Assembly: GCA_040755995.1 (NCBI GenBank)
Contig: JBFMAF010000023.1
Coordinates: forward strand, 32,001-96,000
Reading direction: 5' to 3'
Length of the DNA: 64,000 bases
Source: Acidobacteriota bacterium
Lineage (GTDB): Bacteria; Acidobacteriota; CAIWXX01
Shown: positions 29,141-37,699 of the stretch, in pieces
Numbering within the stretch: the stretch's first letter is position 1
Layout of the letters: each line of letters opens with the position of its first letter
The notes under the pieces: model-generated
The model's input: the letters and a program-made list of their open reading frames with translations, nothing else
Told to the model about the DNA's origin: nothing
Databases searched by the model: none
Position numbers and translations under genes: made by a program

Positions 29141-29455
29141 GTGGTGGACGAGAGGCGGCGGAGGAAGCGTGTTAGCGTGGGGTTTCCAGTGAAGATCGTG
29201 GGCCTGGACGGGAGCGGCAAGCCGTTTGAAGAAATGACGCGCTCGATCGATGTCAGCCCCGGCGGCGTCAAGTGCCTGGTGAAGGCCCAAGTCAAGCTGA
29301 GCTCGCATGTGACCATCACGCTGCCCCTTCCCAGAGACATGCGGCCCACCTCGACACTGGACTATACATACACTTCGAAGGGTGTGGTCGCGCGCGTGGA
29401 GGAGTCCGCAGCCGACCCTGGTAAGCTGGCCATCGTTGTGAAGTTCGTCAGGTAG
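29141..29455 (+). CDS. PilZ-domain (c-di-GMP-binding) protein
   Basis: ERRRRKR (RxxxR) and DVSPGG (D/NxSxxG); RBS ggagg. Confidence 0.8.
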   Translation: MVDERRRRKRVSVGFPVKIVGLDGSGKPFEEMTRSIDVSPGGVKCLVKAQVKLSSHVTITLPLPRDMRPTSTLDYTYTSKGVVARVEESAADPGKLAIVVKFVR

Positions 29456-29615
29456 GCATCGCCGAAGCGCTCGTCCAGAAGGCAGCCGGCAGCCTTCGCG
29501 CCTGGGGGTCGTGCCCGCCCGCTCGACACCGATGGATTCCGGCCGTCCGGCGGTTTGGCGGTGCTCCGCTGCAGCGCACGAGCCCTGTTGGTGGGCGCAT
29601 CCGTGGTCTGGAAGC

Positions 29616-30332
29616 TCAGTCCTGCTTCTGGAGAATCACAACCTCAACTTTCCCCTTCAACCCCTGCTGGAACTCCACGGCGTCGGCGTCGCTGCCGACG
29701 ATGGAGCCGTAGTGCATGGGAATCGCGACCTTGGGGCTGAACGAAAGCGCCGCTTGGATCGCCTCATCCGCCGTCATCACATAGGTGCCTGAAACCGGCA
29801 GCATGGCGATGTCGGCCTTGATGCTCTTCATCTCCGGGATGAAGTCCGTGTCACCCGCGTGGTAGATTCGGACGCCGTCCACGGCGATCACGAACCCGAG
29901 CTTCCCGTCCGCCTTGGGATGGAACTTCTTGTTGACGTTGTAAGCAGGGACTGCCTCGATCGTGATCCCTTCCACGGTCAGCTGCTCACCGGGCTTCACG
30001 ATCTTGACGTTTCCCTTGAGCTTGCGCGCGCTGGCCGAGTCGGTCACGATCACGCTGCTCGCTTTCTGCACCTTGGCCACGTCCTCAGGCGAGCAGTGAT
30101 CGAAATGGTCGTGGGTGATGAGGATGAGATCCGCCGGCGCGGCTTTCTTCAGCTCGAAGGGATCGATGTAGATCGTCTTGCCGGCCGTGATCCGGAACGC
30201 ATCGTGGCCCAGCCAGGCGATGTTTTTCACGAACTCCTTTGCGGTCATGGTCACCTCCTTGCCTGTGGTGATACCCGAGGACACGGCGAGCGGGACGCCC
30301 GCCAGAAGTAGCAAGTAAATGAACCGGCGCAT
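29616..30332 (-). CDS. MBL-fold metallo-hydrolase
   Basis: WLGHD, THDHFDH, HAGDT, PMHYG; two possible starts (30332 with signal peptide, 30248). Confidence 0.9.
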   Translation of the reverse strand: MRRFIYLLLLAGVPLAVSSGITTGKEVTMTAKEFVKNIAWLGHDAFRITAGKTIYIDPFELKKAAPADLILITHDHFDHCSPEDVAKVQKASSVIVTDSASARKLKGNVKIVKPGEQLTVEGITIEAVPAYNVNKKFHPKADGKLGFVIAVDGVRIYHAGDTDFIPEMKSIKADIAMLPVSGTYVMTADEAIQAALSFSPKVAIPMHYGSIVGSDADAVEFQQGLKGKVEVVILQKQD

Positions 30333-30471
30333 CTCTCCTCCTGGGGTCAACCTCTCTCAGATCATACACCTTTTGCATCACCGGGGCCTCGACACGCGCT
30401 GAGGCACCCGAGGCGCGACGCCGATTGTTCGCGCCACTCCAATTGTACTATACTCGGATTCGAAGGGGCTG

Positions 30472-31146
30472 ATGGCCACGATAGCGGAGAACGTCGCCTC
30501 GCTGATGGAGAGGATCCGGAGAATGGAGAAGCGATCCGGGCGCGGGGAAAGCTCGGTCAGGCTGCTGGCCGCGACCAAGATGGTGGCGCCGGAGCGCATC
30601 CGCGAGGCGATCGCGGCCGGGATCGATCTGGTCGGGGAGAACAGGGTGCAGGAAGCGGAGTCCAAGCGCGGAGCGATCTCGAAGCAGGTCGAGTTCCACA
30701 TGATCGGGCACCTGCAGGGCAACAAGGCCAGGCGCGCGGTGACTCTGTTTGACTGTATCGAGTCGATCGACTCGCTGGATCTGGCTCGCAAGGTGGCCGC
30801 CGAGAAAGCCCGCGCCGGCGGGACGATGCGGGTGATGCTCGAGCTGAACTTGGGCGGCGAGGATTCCAAGAGCGGGTTTGAGGAGGACGATCTCCGGGCG
30901 CATTTCGAAAAAATCCGGCAGCTGGAAGGGTTGACGGTCAAAGGGCTGATGGCGCTTCCACCGTACGTGGAGCCGGAGGAGGCACGCCCGTATTTCCAGC
31001 GGCTGCGCCGGCTGGGCGAGGAGCTCTTCGGCCGGGAGTCGTTCGAGCTCTCAATGGGAATGAGCCACGACTTCGAGGTGGCCGTGGAGGAAGGGGCGAC
31101 GATTGTGCGGATAGGCACGGCGATTTTCGGGGAGCGGCATTACTGA
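30472..31146 (+). CDS. yggS: PLP homeostasis protein YggS
   Basis: LLAATK, GENRVQE, HMIGHLQGNK, LSMGMSHDF, VRIGTAIFG. Confidence 0.95.
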   Translation: MATIAENVASLMERIRRMEKRSGRGESSVRLLAATKMVAPERIREAIAAGIDLVGENRVQEAESKRGAISKQVEFHMIGHLQGNKARRAVTLFDCIESIDSLDLARKVAAEKARAGGTMRVMLELNLGGEDSKSGFEEDDLRAHFEKIRQLEGLTVKGLMALPPYVEPEEARPYFQRLRRLGEELFGRESFELSMGMSHDFEVAVEEGATIVRIGTAIFGERHY

Positions 31147-31466
31147 TGTTTATTCTGGCGAATTTCCTGCAGGCCGTCGCCCAGATTCTGGACATGATCC
31201 TGTACTTTTTCATCATCCTCATCCTGATCCGTGCGCTGATTTCGTGGGTCAATCCCGATCCTTACAACCCGATAGTTCGGTTCCTTCGCGGCTCCACCGA
31301 GCCGCTGCTCAAGCCATTTCGCAAGATCCTGCCTCCGTGGCGCACGGGCGGGATCGATTTCTCGCCGTTCATAGCCACGTTGGTCCTTGTGTTTCTCAAG
31401 ATACTCATTGTCCAGTCTCTCCTCGACTATGTCTTCCGCCTGAGGGGAGGCCGAGGGTACCTGTGA
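31146..31466 (+). CDS. yggT: YggT family membrane protein
   Basis: RALISWVNPDPYNPIVRFL..STEPLL...GIDFSP. Confidence 0.93.
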   Translation: MFILANFLQAVAQILDMILYFFIILILIRALISWVNPDPYNPIVRFLRGSTEPLLKPFRKILPPWRTGGIDFSPFIATLVLVFLKILIVQSLLDYVFRLRGGRGYL

Positions 31467-31479
31467 GAGGGGGTGCACG

Positions 31480-31986
31480 ATGAAGCTCACACCATCGGAT
31501 TTGCAGCACCAGACGTTCGGGGTGAAGTTCCGGGGATATGACTGCGAGGAGGTTCGCGCGTTCCTGAACCTGGTGTCGGAGGAGTACGAGAGCCTGGTCG
31601 CCGAGTCGCTCAGGCAGAAGAACGACGCCTCGCGGCTGCGCGAGAAGCTGGCGGACTTCGAGGAGCGGGAGCGGATTCTGAAGGACACGCTGCTAAGCGC
31701 TCAGAAGGTCGCCGAGGAGATGAAGGACAACGCCAAGAAGGAGGCGGAGCTGATCATCAAGGAGGCGGAGCTGCGGGCCGAGGTGGTGATAGAGCAGGCG
31801 GGCGACCGGTTGCGACAGATCCAGGCCGAGGTATCCGAGGTCAAGCTGATGCGCGGCAATCTGGAAGATCAGCTGCAGCTCTACATCAATAACCTCCAGA
31901 AGCTCCTCGATTTCCACAAGGAGGAGGATTCCAAAGAGGATCGGCTCTCGCTGTTCGCGCGCCTGCGCCGCCGCGACACCGCTTAG
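31480..31986 (+). CDS. divIVA: DivIVA domain protein
   Basis: LTPSDLQHQTFGVKFRGYDCEEVRAFL plus coiled coil; follows yggS-yggT. Confidence 0.9.
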   Translation: MKLTPSDLQHQTFGVKFRGYDCEEVRAFLNLVSEEYESLVAESLRQKNDASRLREKLADFEERERILKDTLLSAQKVAEEMKDNAKKEAELIIKEAELRAEVVIEQAGDRLRQIQAEVSEVKLMRGNLEDQLQLYINNLQKLLDFHKEEDSKEDRLSLFARLRRRDTA

Positions 31987-31989
31987 GGA

Positions 31990-32991
31990 ATGGCTGTCGA
32001 CCTGGATCTTACCAAGTACGCCGGCAGGAGAGTCCTCGTTACCGGAGGACTGGGCTTCATAGGCAGCAATCTTGCCCGGCAGCTGGTGGATCTTGGAGCG
32101 CGCGTGCTGCTGGTCGACTCCATGATTCCCGACTACGGGGGCAACTTCTTCAACATCGCAGGCATCGAGGACCGGGTAAAAGTCAACATCTGTGACATGC
32201 GAGATCACAACGGGATGAGGCACCTGGTCAGAAAGCAGGACTTCATCTTCAACCTGGCCGGGCAGGTAAGCCATATCGATTCAATGCAGGATCCCGAGAC
32301 CGACCTCGACATCAATTGCAAGAGCCAGCTCAGCCTTCTCGAAACGCTGCGGTGCGACAACCCCGGCGCAAAGGTGGTTTACGCATCGACGCGGCAGATC
32401 TACGGCAAGCCCCGGTACCTGCCCGTCGACGAGAACCATCCGCTCGTCCCCATAGACGTCAACGGCATAAACAAGATCTCGGGAGAGATGTATCATCTCC
32501 TTTACCACCAGATCTACGGGATTCGAACCGTCTCCTTGCGGCTCACCAACACCTACGGGCCGAGGCAGCTCGTGAAGCACAACCGCCAGGGATTCGTCGG
32601 ATGGTTCATCCGGCTGGCGGTCGAGGGCAAGGAGATCATGATATTCGGAGATGGGCTCCAGCGCCGCGACTTCAATTACGTCGACGACGCGGTCGACGCG
32701 CTGCTGCGCGCCGGCCTCTCGGAGAGTGCTGAGGGCCAGGCGATCAATCTGGGGTCAACGCCACCTTACACGCTCCTCGAATTCACCCGCATGTTGATCG
32801 AGTGCGCCGGCAGGGGGAGTTACAGACTCGCACCGTTCCCGTCGCTGCACAAGGTAATCGACATCGGCGACTACTTCGCAGCATATGACAGGGCCGCCGC
32901 ACTGCTAGGCTGGTCTCCCGGGACTCCCCTGCCCGTGGGTCTGGCGAAGACGGTGGAATACTACAGGCGACACTTGCCGGAGTATATCTAG
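31990..32991 (+). CDS. NAD-dependent nucleotide-sugar epimerase/dehydratase
   Basis: VTGGLGFIGS, NLAGQVSH, RLTNTYGPR, GDGLQRRDFNYVDD. Confidence 0.92.
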   Translation: MAVDLDLTKYAGRRVLVTGGLGFIGSNLARQLVDLGARVLLVDSMIPDYGGNFFNIAGIEDRVKVNICDMRDHNGMRHLVRKQDFIFNLAGQVSHIDSMQDPETDLDINCKSQLSLLETLRCDNPGAKVVYASTRQIYGKPRYLPVDENHPLVPIDVNGINKISGEMYHLLYHQIYGIRTVSLRLTNTYGPRQLVKHNRQGFVGWFIRLAVEGKEIMIFGDGLQRRDFNYVDDAVDALLRAGLSESAEGQAINLGSTPPYTLLEFTRMLIECAGRGSYRLAPFPSLHKVIDIGDYFAAYDRAAALLGWSPGTPLPVGLAKTVEYYRRHLPEYI

Positions 32992-33121
32992 TGTTGTGCA
33001 CTACCTACGCTCGAACAGCGAACGATTCTTCCCCTACCCGTTCCCGTACCCGGCCCCCCTCGACGGAGGTTCACTTTTCTCATCGCAACAGCCACCGGCT
33101 GCCTGCACCCTCGGAGCATTC

Positions 33122-34207
33122 GTGAAGGTCGAATTCAACGATCTGCAGCGCGAGACCCAGCGATTCCGCGAGGAGATCACGGCCGCGGTCGGTGGCGTAT
33201 TGGATCGCGGCTGGTACATTCTAGGACCCGAGGTGGAGGCGTTCGAAAAGGAGTTCGCGACATATTGTGGATCCAGCTACGCGGTCGGTGTGGCCAATGG
33301 AACGGAGGCCCTGCAGCTGGCTATCATCGGCGCGGGGATAGAGCCGGCGAGCGAGGTCATCACATCGCCCATCTCGGCGGCGTTCACGGCGCTGGGAATT
33401 CTCGCAGCCGGATGCATCCCGGTGTTCGCAGACGTCGACGACTCGACACTCCTGATCGATCCGCACAAGATCCACCCGACCAAGAAGACGCGCGCCATCG
33501 TGCCGGTCCACCTTTACGGCAACGCGTGCCGAATGGACGAGATCATGGACGTCGCCCGAGCCGAGGATCTCCTCGTCATAGAGGATGCGTGCCAGGCTCA
33601 CGGGAGCAGCCATGATGGACGGATGTTGGGCACGCTGGGGGCGGTCGGATGTTTCTCCTTTTACCCGACCAAGAACCTGGGAGCGCTCGGCGACGGCGGC
33701 ATGATCGTGACCGACGACGACGACGTCTACCACCTCGTGAGGATGCTGCGCAACGGAGGACAGGAAGGCCGGTACAAACATCGAGTCCGAGGGGTCAACA
33801 GCCGGCTGGACGAGATCCAGGCGGCGGTGCTGAGAGCGCGACTCGCGCACCTCGACGAGGAGAACGCCCGCCGGAACGAAATCGCGGACACCTACCTGGA
33901 TCGGCTGGCACACCTGCCGCTCAAGTTCGTCGAGCAGACCGAAGGAAGGAACTCACACCTCTTCCCAGTTCGCGTGGCAAACCGCGACAGGGTGCAGTCG
34001 AGGCTCACCGAGATGGGCGTGTCAACTCTGATCCACTACCCCATGCCCATCCACCACCAGGAGTTCATGGGGTCATTCCCCAGACCGGCCCTGCCGGTCG
34101 CGGAAATCGCTTCGACCGAGCTTCTCTCACTCCCTCTCTACCCGAGCCTCACCGAGGCCGAGATCGATCGCGTGGTTGCGTCTCTCGAGGCCGCGCTCGC
34201 GGATTGA
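33122..34207 (+). CDS. DegT/DnrJ/EryC1/StrS sugar aminotransferase
   Basis: NGTEAL, PVHLYG, EDACQAHG, FSFYPTKNLGALGDGG, NSRLDEIQAA. Confidence 0.93.
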   Translation: MKVEFNDLQRETQRFREEITAAVGGVLDRGWYILGPEVEAFEKEFATYCGSSYAVGVANGTEALQLAIIGAGIEPASEVITSPISAAFTALGILAAGCIPVFADVDDSTLLIDPHKIHPTKKTRAIVPVHLYGNACRMDEIMDVARAEDLLVIEDACQAHGSSHDGRMLGTLGAVGCFSFYPTKNLGALGDGGMIVTDDDDVYHLVRMLRNGGQEGRYKHRVRGVNSRLDEIQAAVLRARLAHLDEENARRNEIADTYLDRLAHLPLKFVEQTEGRNSHLFPVRVANRDRVQSRLTEMGVSTLIHYPMPIHHQEFMGSFPRPALPVAEIASTELLSLPLYPSLTEAEIDRVVASLEAALAD

Positions 34208-34209
34208 TC

Positions 34210-34340
34210 GTCGGGGCGACGCATGCGTCGCCCCTACACGGCCTTCACGCGGCAGGGCGCGCGCCGCACGCCCCTACACCCGTCTCCGCGTCCCCGCGTC
34301 TCCATGTCACCGCGTCCCCGTGTCTCCGCGTCTGTCGCGG
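34210..34340. repeat. REP-like palindromes followed by an 8-nt tandem repeat
   Basis: GTCGGGGCGACGCATGCGTCGCCCCTAC palindrome (GTAG-type REP-like), a degenerate second copy, then about 6 units of (C)CGCGTCNC; lies between convergent genes. Confidence 0.65.
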
Positions 34341-34359
34341 GAGGCATTGGGGGTTCCAA

Positions 34360-34782
34360 TTACTTACGGCGGACAATGTTGTAAACCGCCCGGCCCATCG
34401 CCACGATCTCCTCACGTCCCTCCTGCCGGACCGAGATGTGCACGACGGCCATCCGGTTGCCGATTCGCTTCACTCTCGCGTCCGCTTCGAGCGTGCCCTT
34501 CTGCGCCGGCGCCAGGTAATCGACCAGCAGATCGACGGTGGCGAGGCGATCACCTTCCTCCGTCTCCGTGAACGCCGCCGCGCCTCCCGCCGTGTCGATG
34601 AGCGTGCTGATCACCCCGCCGTGCAGCGCCGGCCGCTGCGTGTCGCCCAGGAATTCGTCGCGATAAGGCAGCACCATCACAGCCCGGCCCCGGCTGATGG
34701 CCTGCACCCGCATCCCCAGGAAACGGTTGAACGGAATCCGTGACTCCATGATCTCCCTGACAAGCGATCCCTTCTTCCTCAT
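34360..34782 (-). CDS. PaaI/hotdog-fold thioesterase
   Basis: IPFNRFLG, ALHGGVISTLIDTAGG, ATVDLLVDYL. Confidence 0.88.
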   Translation of the reverse strand: MRKKGSLVREIMESRIPFNRFLGMRVQAISRGRAVMVLPYRDEFLGDTQRPALHGGVISTLIDTAGGAAAFTETEEGDRLATVDLLVDYLAPAQKGTLEADARVKRIGNRMAVVHISVRQEGREEIVAMGRAVYNIVRRK

Positions 34783-34950
34783 GAGCCGAGATTCTCCGCC
34801 AGAGTGCCACTGCTTGTCCACTGGCGCGGGCCGTACCGTACCCGTACCCGACAGTGGCCACGATCGCGTCCGCGTAGGTGAAGACAGGGCCGCTGCGATC
34901 TCGCCCGAGCCTGCTCTTCGGTGTGATCGTATCCGTGGCGCCGGGCCGGT

Positions 34951-36135
34951 CTATGTCCAGCCGGACAGGGCCTGCGTGCGCCTGTGCTCGTCGAGCACCG
35001 ATTCAAGTCTCTCACTCAGCGCCTGGCAGTGCCCGCGCCACGAGAACTGCCGGGCGCGCGATCGCGCAGCGGCACCGAGCTGGGCGCGAAGCGCGGTGTT
35101 GTGGCACATCTCCACGAGCGTTCCCGTGAGCGCCTCGCGATCCCCCTCTGCGTAGTACCGGCCTGCGTCCCCGACGATCTCTTCGAGCTCCGCCCGGCGA
35201 ATCGTGACGACCGGCAAGCCCATCGCCATGGCCTCGAAAACCTTCAACGGCGACCAGTAGAAACCCAGGGAGAGGTATGGGTGCGCTTTCGTGTCGAACG
35301 GTGCCACCGCGAAGTCCGCCGCTTCCATGACCTGCGGCATCTGTTCGTACGGGATGCGCCCGGCGAGGATGAAACGATCCGCACAGCCGCCGGCCGAGAT
35401 GGTCCGCTTGATCGACGGCAGGGCCGGCCCGTCTCCAACGAGCAGAACACGCAGCCGGATGCTGGGGTCCCACATCATCCCGCATGCCGTCTTGACCAAA
35501 ATCTCGGCGCCGTGCCACTTCCTGAAAGATCCTGCGAAGAGGGCGACCGGCGCATCCGAAGGTATGCCCAGCCTGCAGCGCGTTTCAGCCCGCGCGCCGC
35601 GCGTGCGGAATCGCTCGCAATTCACCCCCCACGGCAGCTTCTGGATCCTGGCCGGAGGCACCGATGGCGGGATGATCGACGGCAAGGGCGTGACGATCAG
35701 CGCGGCTTGGCGCGCCTGCCACAGCCTGTAGGATTCGAGCGGGTTGATGAGCAAGATGCTGTCGATCCATTGCTTCGGCGAGCCGGGGTACTCGATCATC
35801 GGCGCGTTCGCTTCGAGCACCAGCGGGACCTTTGTCCGTCGCGCGAGCCATGCGCCCTCGCCGCCGAACTGGTAGTACCGCTCGATGATGACGTCAGGTC
35901 GGAGCGTCCCGGAGCTCCGGCGAATCGCGAATGCGTTCAAGAGGCGGAGGCAGCGCGGGAGGTGCCGCGGCATCGGATGGTAGGCGGGGTTGCCCGGCGC
36001 GTGCCGGCGCCCTCGTGCAAATACCGTTACCTCGTGCCCGAGCGCGGCCAGGTTCTCCGCGACCTCCAAGACGTGCGTCGCGCCGCCGTGGCCACGGTCC
36101 AGGTCGATGTCGGAAGCGATGTAGAAGATCTTCAT
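34951..36135 (-). CDS. Glycosyltransferase family 4
   Basis: GGATHV, FAGSFRKWHG, SPLKVFEAMAMGLPVV. Confidence 0.92.
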   Translation of the reverse strand: MKIFYIASDIDLDRGHGGATHVLEVAENLAALGHEVTVFARGRRHAPGNPAYHPMPRHLPRCLRLLNAFAIRRSSGTLRPDVIIERYYQFGGEGAWLARRTKVPLVLEANAPMIEYPGSPKQWIDSILLINPLESYRLWQARQAALIVTPLPSIIPPSVPPARIQKLPWGVNCERFRTRGARAETRCRLGIPSDAPVALFAGSFRKWHGAEILVKTACGMMWDPSIRLRVLLVGDGPALPSIKRTISAGGCADRFILAGRIPYEQMPQVMEAADFAVAPFDTKAHPYLSLGFYWSPLKVFEAMAMGLPVVTIRRAELEEIVGDAGRYYAEGDREALTGTLVEMCHNTALRAQLGAAARSRARQFSWRGHCQALSERLESVLDEHRRTQALSGWT

Positions 36136-36484
36136 CCCGGTGATGAATATCCTGAAATCGCTCCAAGATCAAACGGCAAGCTGCAATGATACCGGCGGGC
36201 GTCGGGCGACACGGTAATATCGGCAGCACCGGCTTGCGTGAAACGCCTCCAGTTGCCGCTCGATCGTGGCGATAGATCCGAGCGCGGCCCGCGATGCGCA
36301 TGTACCGGAGTGGGTCGCTGCGCGGTGGCTCGTCCGGTCGTCGCAGGCGACTTGACACTCCGCCTCGGGCCCGCCTATCATCGCGCCGGATGATTTGGAA
36401 CGCCACCCGGCCTGCAAGATCCTTTGTGATATCCCAGAGCGAGCAACTATTACCAGTCCCGCCTTCGGGCGAGGAGGATTGAGT

Positions 36485-37690
36485 ATGCCTGACGCTTATA
36501 TCTTCGATGCGGTCCGGACCCCGCGAGGGATCGGCAAGGACCGCGGCAGCTTGTACACAGTTCGACCCACCGACCTTCTGGTGACAGTGCTCCAGGCGCT
36601 CCGGGAGCGCAATGCGCTGGACACGAAGGAGGTCGAGGACGTTGTGATCGGGTGCGTGACGCAGACTGGCGAGCAGGGGACGTGCATTGCGCGCTTCGCG
36701 ACACTCGAGGCCGGGTACGACTACAGCGTGCCGGGGTGCACGATCAGCCGCTTCTGTTCCTCGGGACTGCAGGCCGTCAACCAGGTGGCGGCGATGATCA
36801 TCGCCGGATGGGGAGACCTCATGATCGCCGGCGGCGTAGAGAGCATGTCCCGCGTGAAGATGGGGTCGGATGTGGGAGCCATGTTCGAACCGTCGGCGCA
36901 GTGGAAGGTGGGCTCGGTGCCCCAGGGGATCTCGGCGGACCTCTTGGCCACACTTCGCGGTTTCTCGCGCGAGGACGTGGACCGGTTCGCCTGTGAGAGC
37001 CAGCGGCGTGCGGTGCATGCCCGGGATTCCGGCAAGTTCGACCGCAGCGTCGTGCCGGTGCGCGACCTCAACGGGCTGCCGATTCTGGAGAAGGACGAGC
37101 TCCCGCGCGCAGACTGCACGGTTTCGGGACTCGGCGAGCTGAAGGCGTCGTTCGAGATGATGGGCAAGCAGTTCGGGATGGATGCCCTGGCGCGAAAGGT
37201 ATATCCGCAGGTCGAGCGGATCAACCACGTTCACACGGCCGGCAACTCGTCGGGGATCGTCGATGGTGCCGCCGTGCTGCTGGTCGGAAGCAAGGAGAAG
37301 GGCCGGGCGCTCGGGCTCAAGCCGCGCGCGCGCGTCGTGGCTGCGGCGTCGACCGGCGACGAGCCGCTGCTGATGCTCACGGGGCCGCTGCCGGCCACGC
37401 GGCTCGTGCTCAAGAAGGCGCGGATGGATCTGAAGGACATCGACCTCTTCGAGGTGAACGAAGCGTTCGCCGCGGTCGCGCTGACGTACATGCAGGAGTT
37501 CGGTATCGACCACGATCGCGTGAACATGAACGGCGGCGCGATTGCGCTCGGGCACCCGCTCGGGGCGACCGGGGCCGTGATTCTCAACACGGCTCTGGAT
37601 CTGCTGGAGGAACGGAACTTGTCGACGGCGCTGACGACGTTGTGCATCGGCGGCGGCATGGGAACGGCAACGATCATCGAGCGCGTGTGA
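36485..37690 (+). CDS. Acetyl-CoA C-acyltransferase (thiolase)
   Basis: AVRTPRG, SRFCSSGL, GGVESMS, NEAFA, GGAIALGHPLGATG, LCIGGGMG. Confidence 0.95.
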   Translation: MPDAYIFDAVRTPRGIGKDRGSLYTVRPTDLLVTVLQALRERNALDTKEVEDVVIGCVTQTGEQGTCIARFATLEAGYDYSVPGCTISRFCSSGLQAVNQVAAMIIAGWGDLMIAGGVESMSRVKMGSDVGAMFEPSAQWKVGSVPQGISADLLATLRGFSREDVDRFACESQRRAVHARDSGKFDRSVVPVRDLNGLPILEKDELPRADCTVSGLGELKASFEMMGKQFGMDALARKVYPQVERINHVHTAGNSSGIVDGAAVLLVGSKEKGRALGLKPRARVVAAASTGDEPLLMLTGPLPATRLVLKKARMDLKDIDLFEVNEAFAAVALTYMQEFGIDHDRVNMNGGAIALGHPLGATGAVILNTALDLLEERNLSTALTTLCIGGGMGTATIIERV

Positions 37691-37699
37691 GGTGCGATC

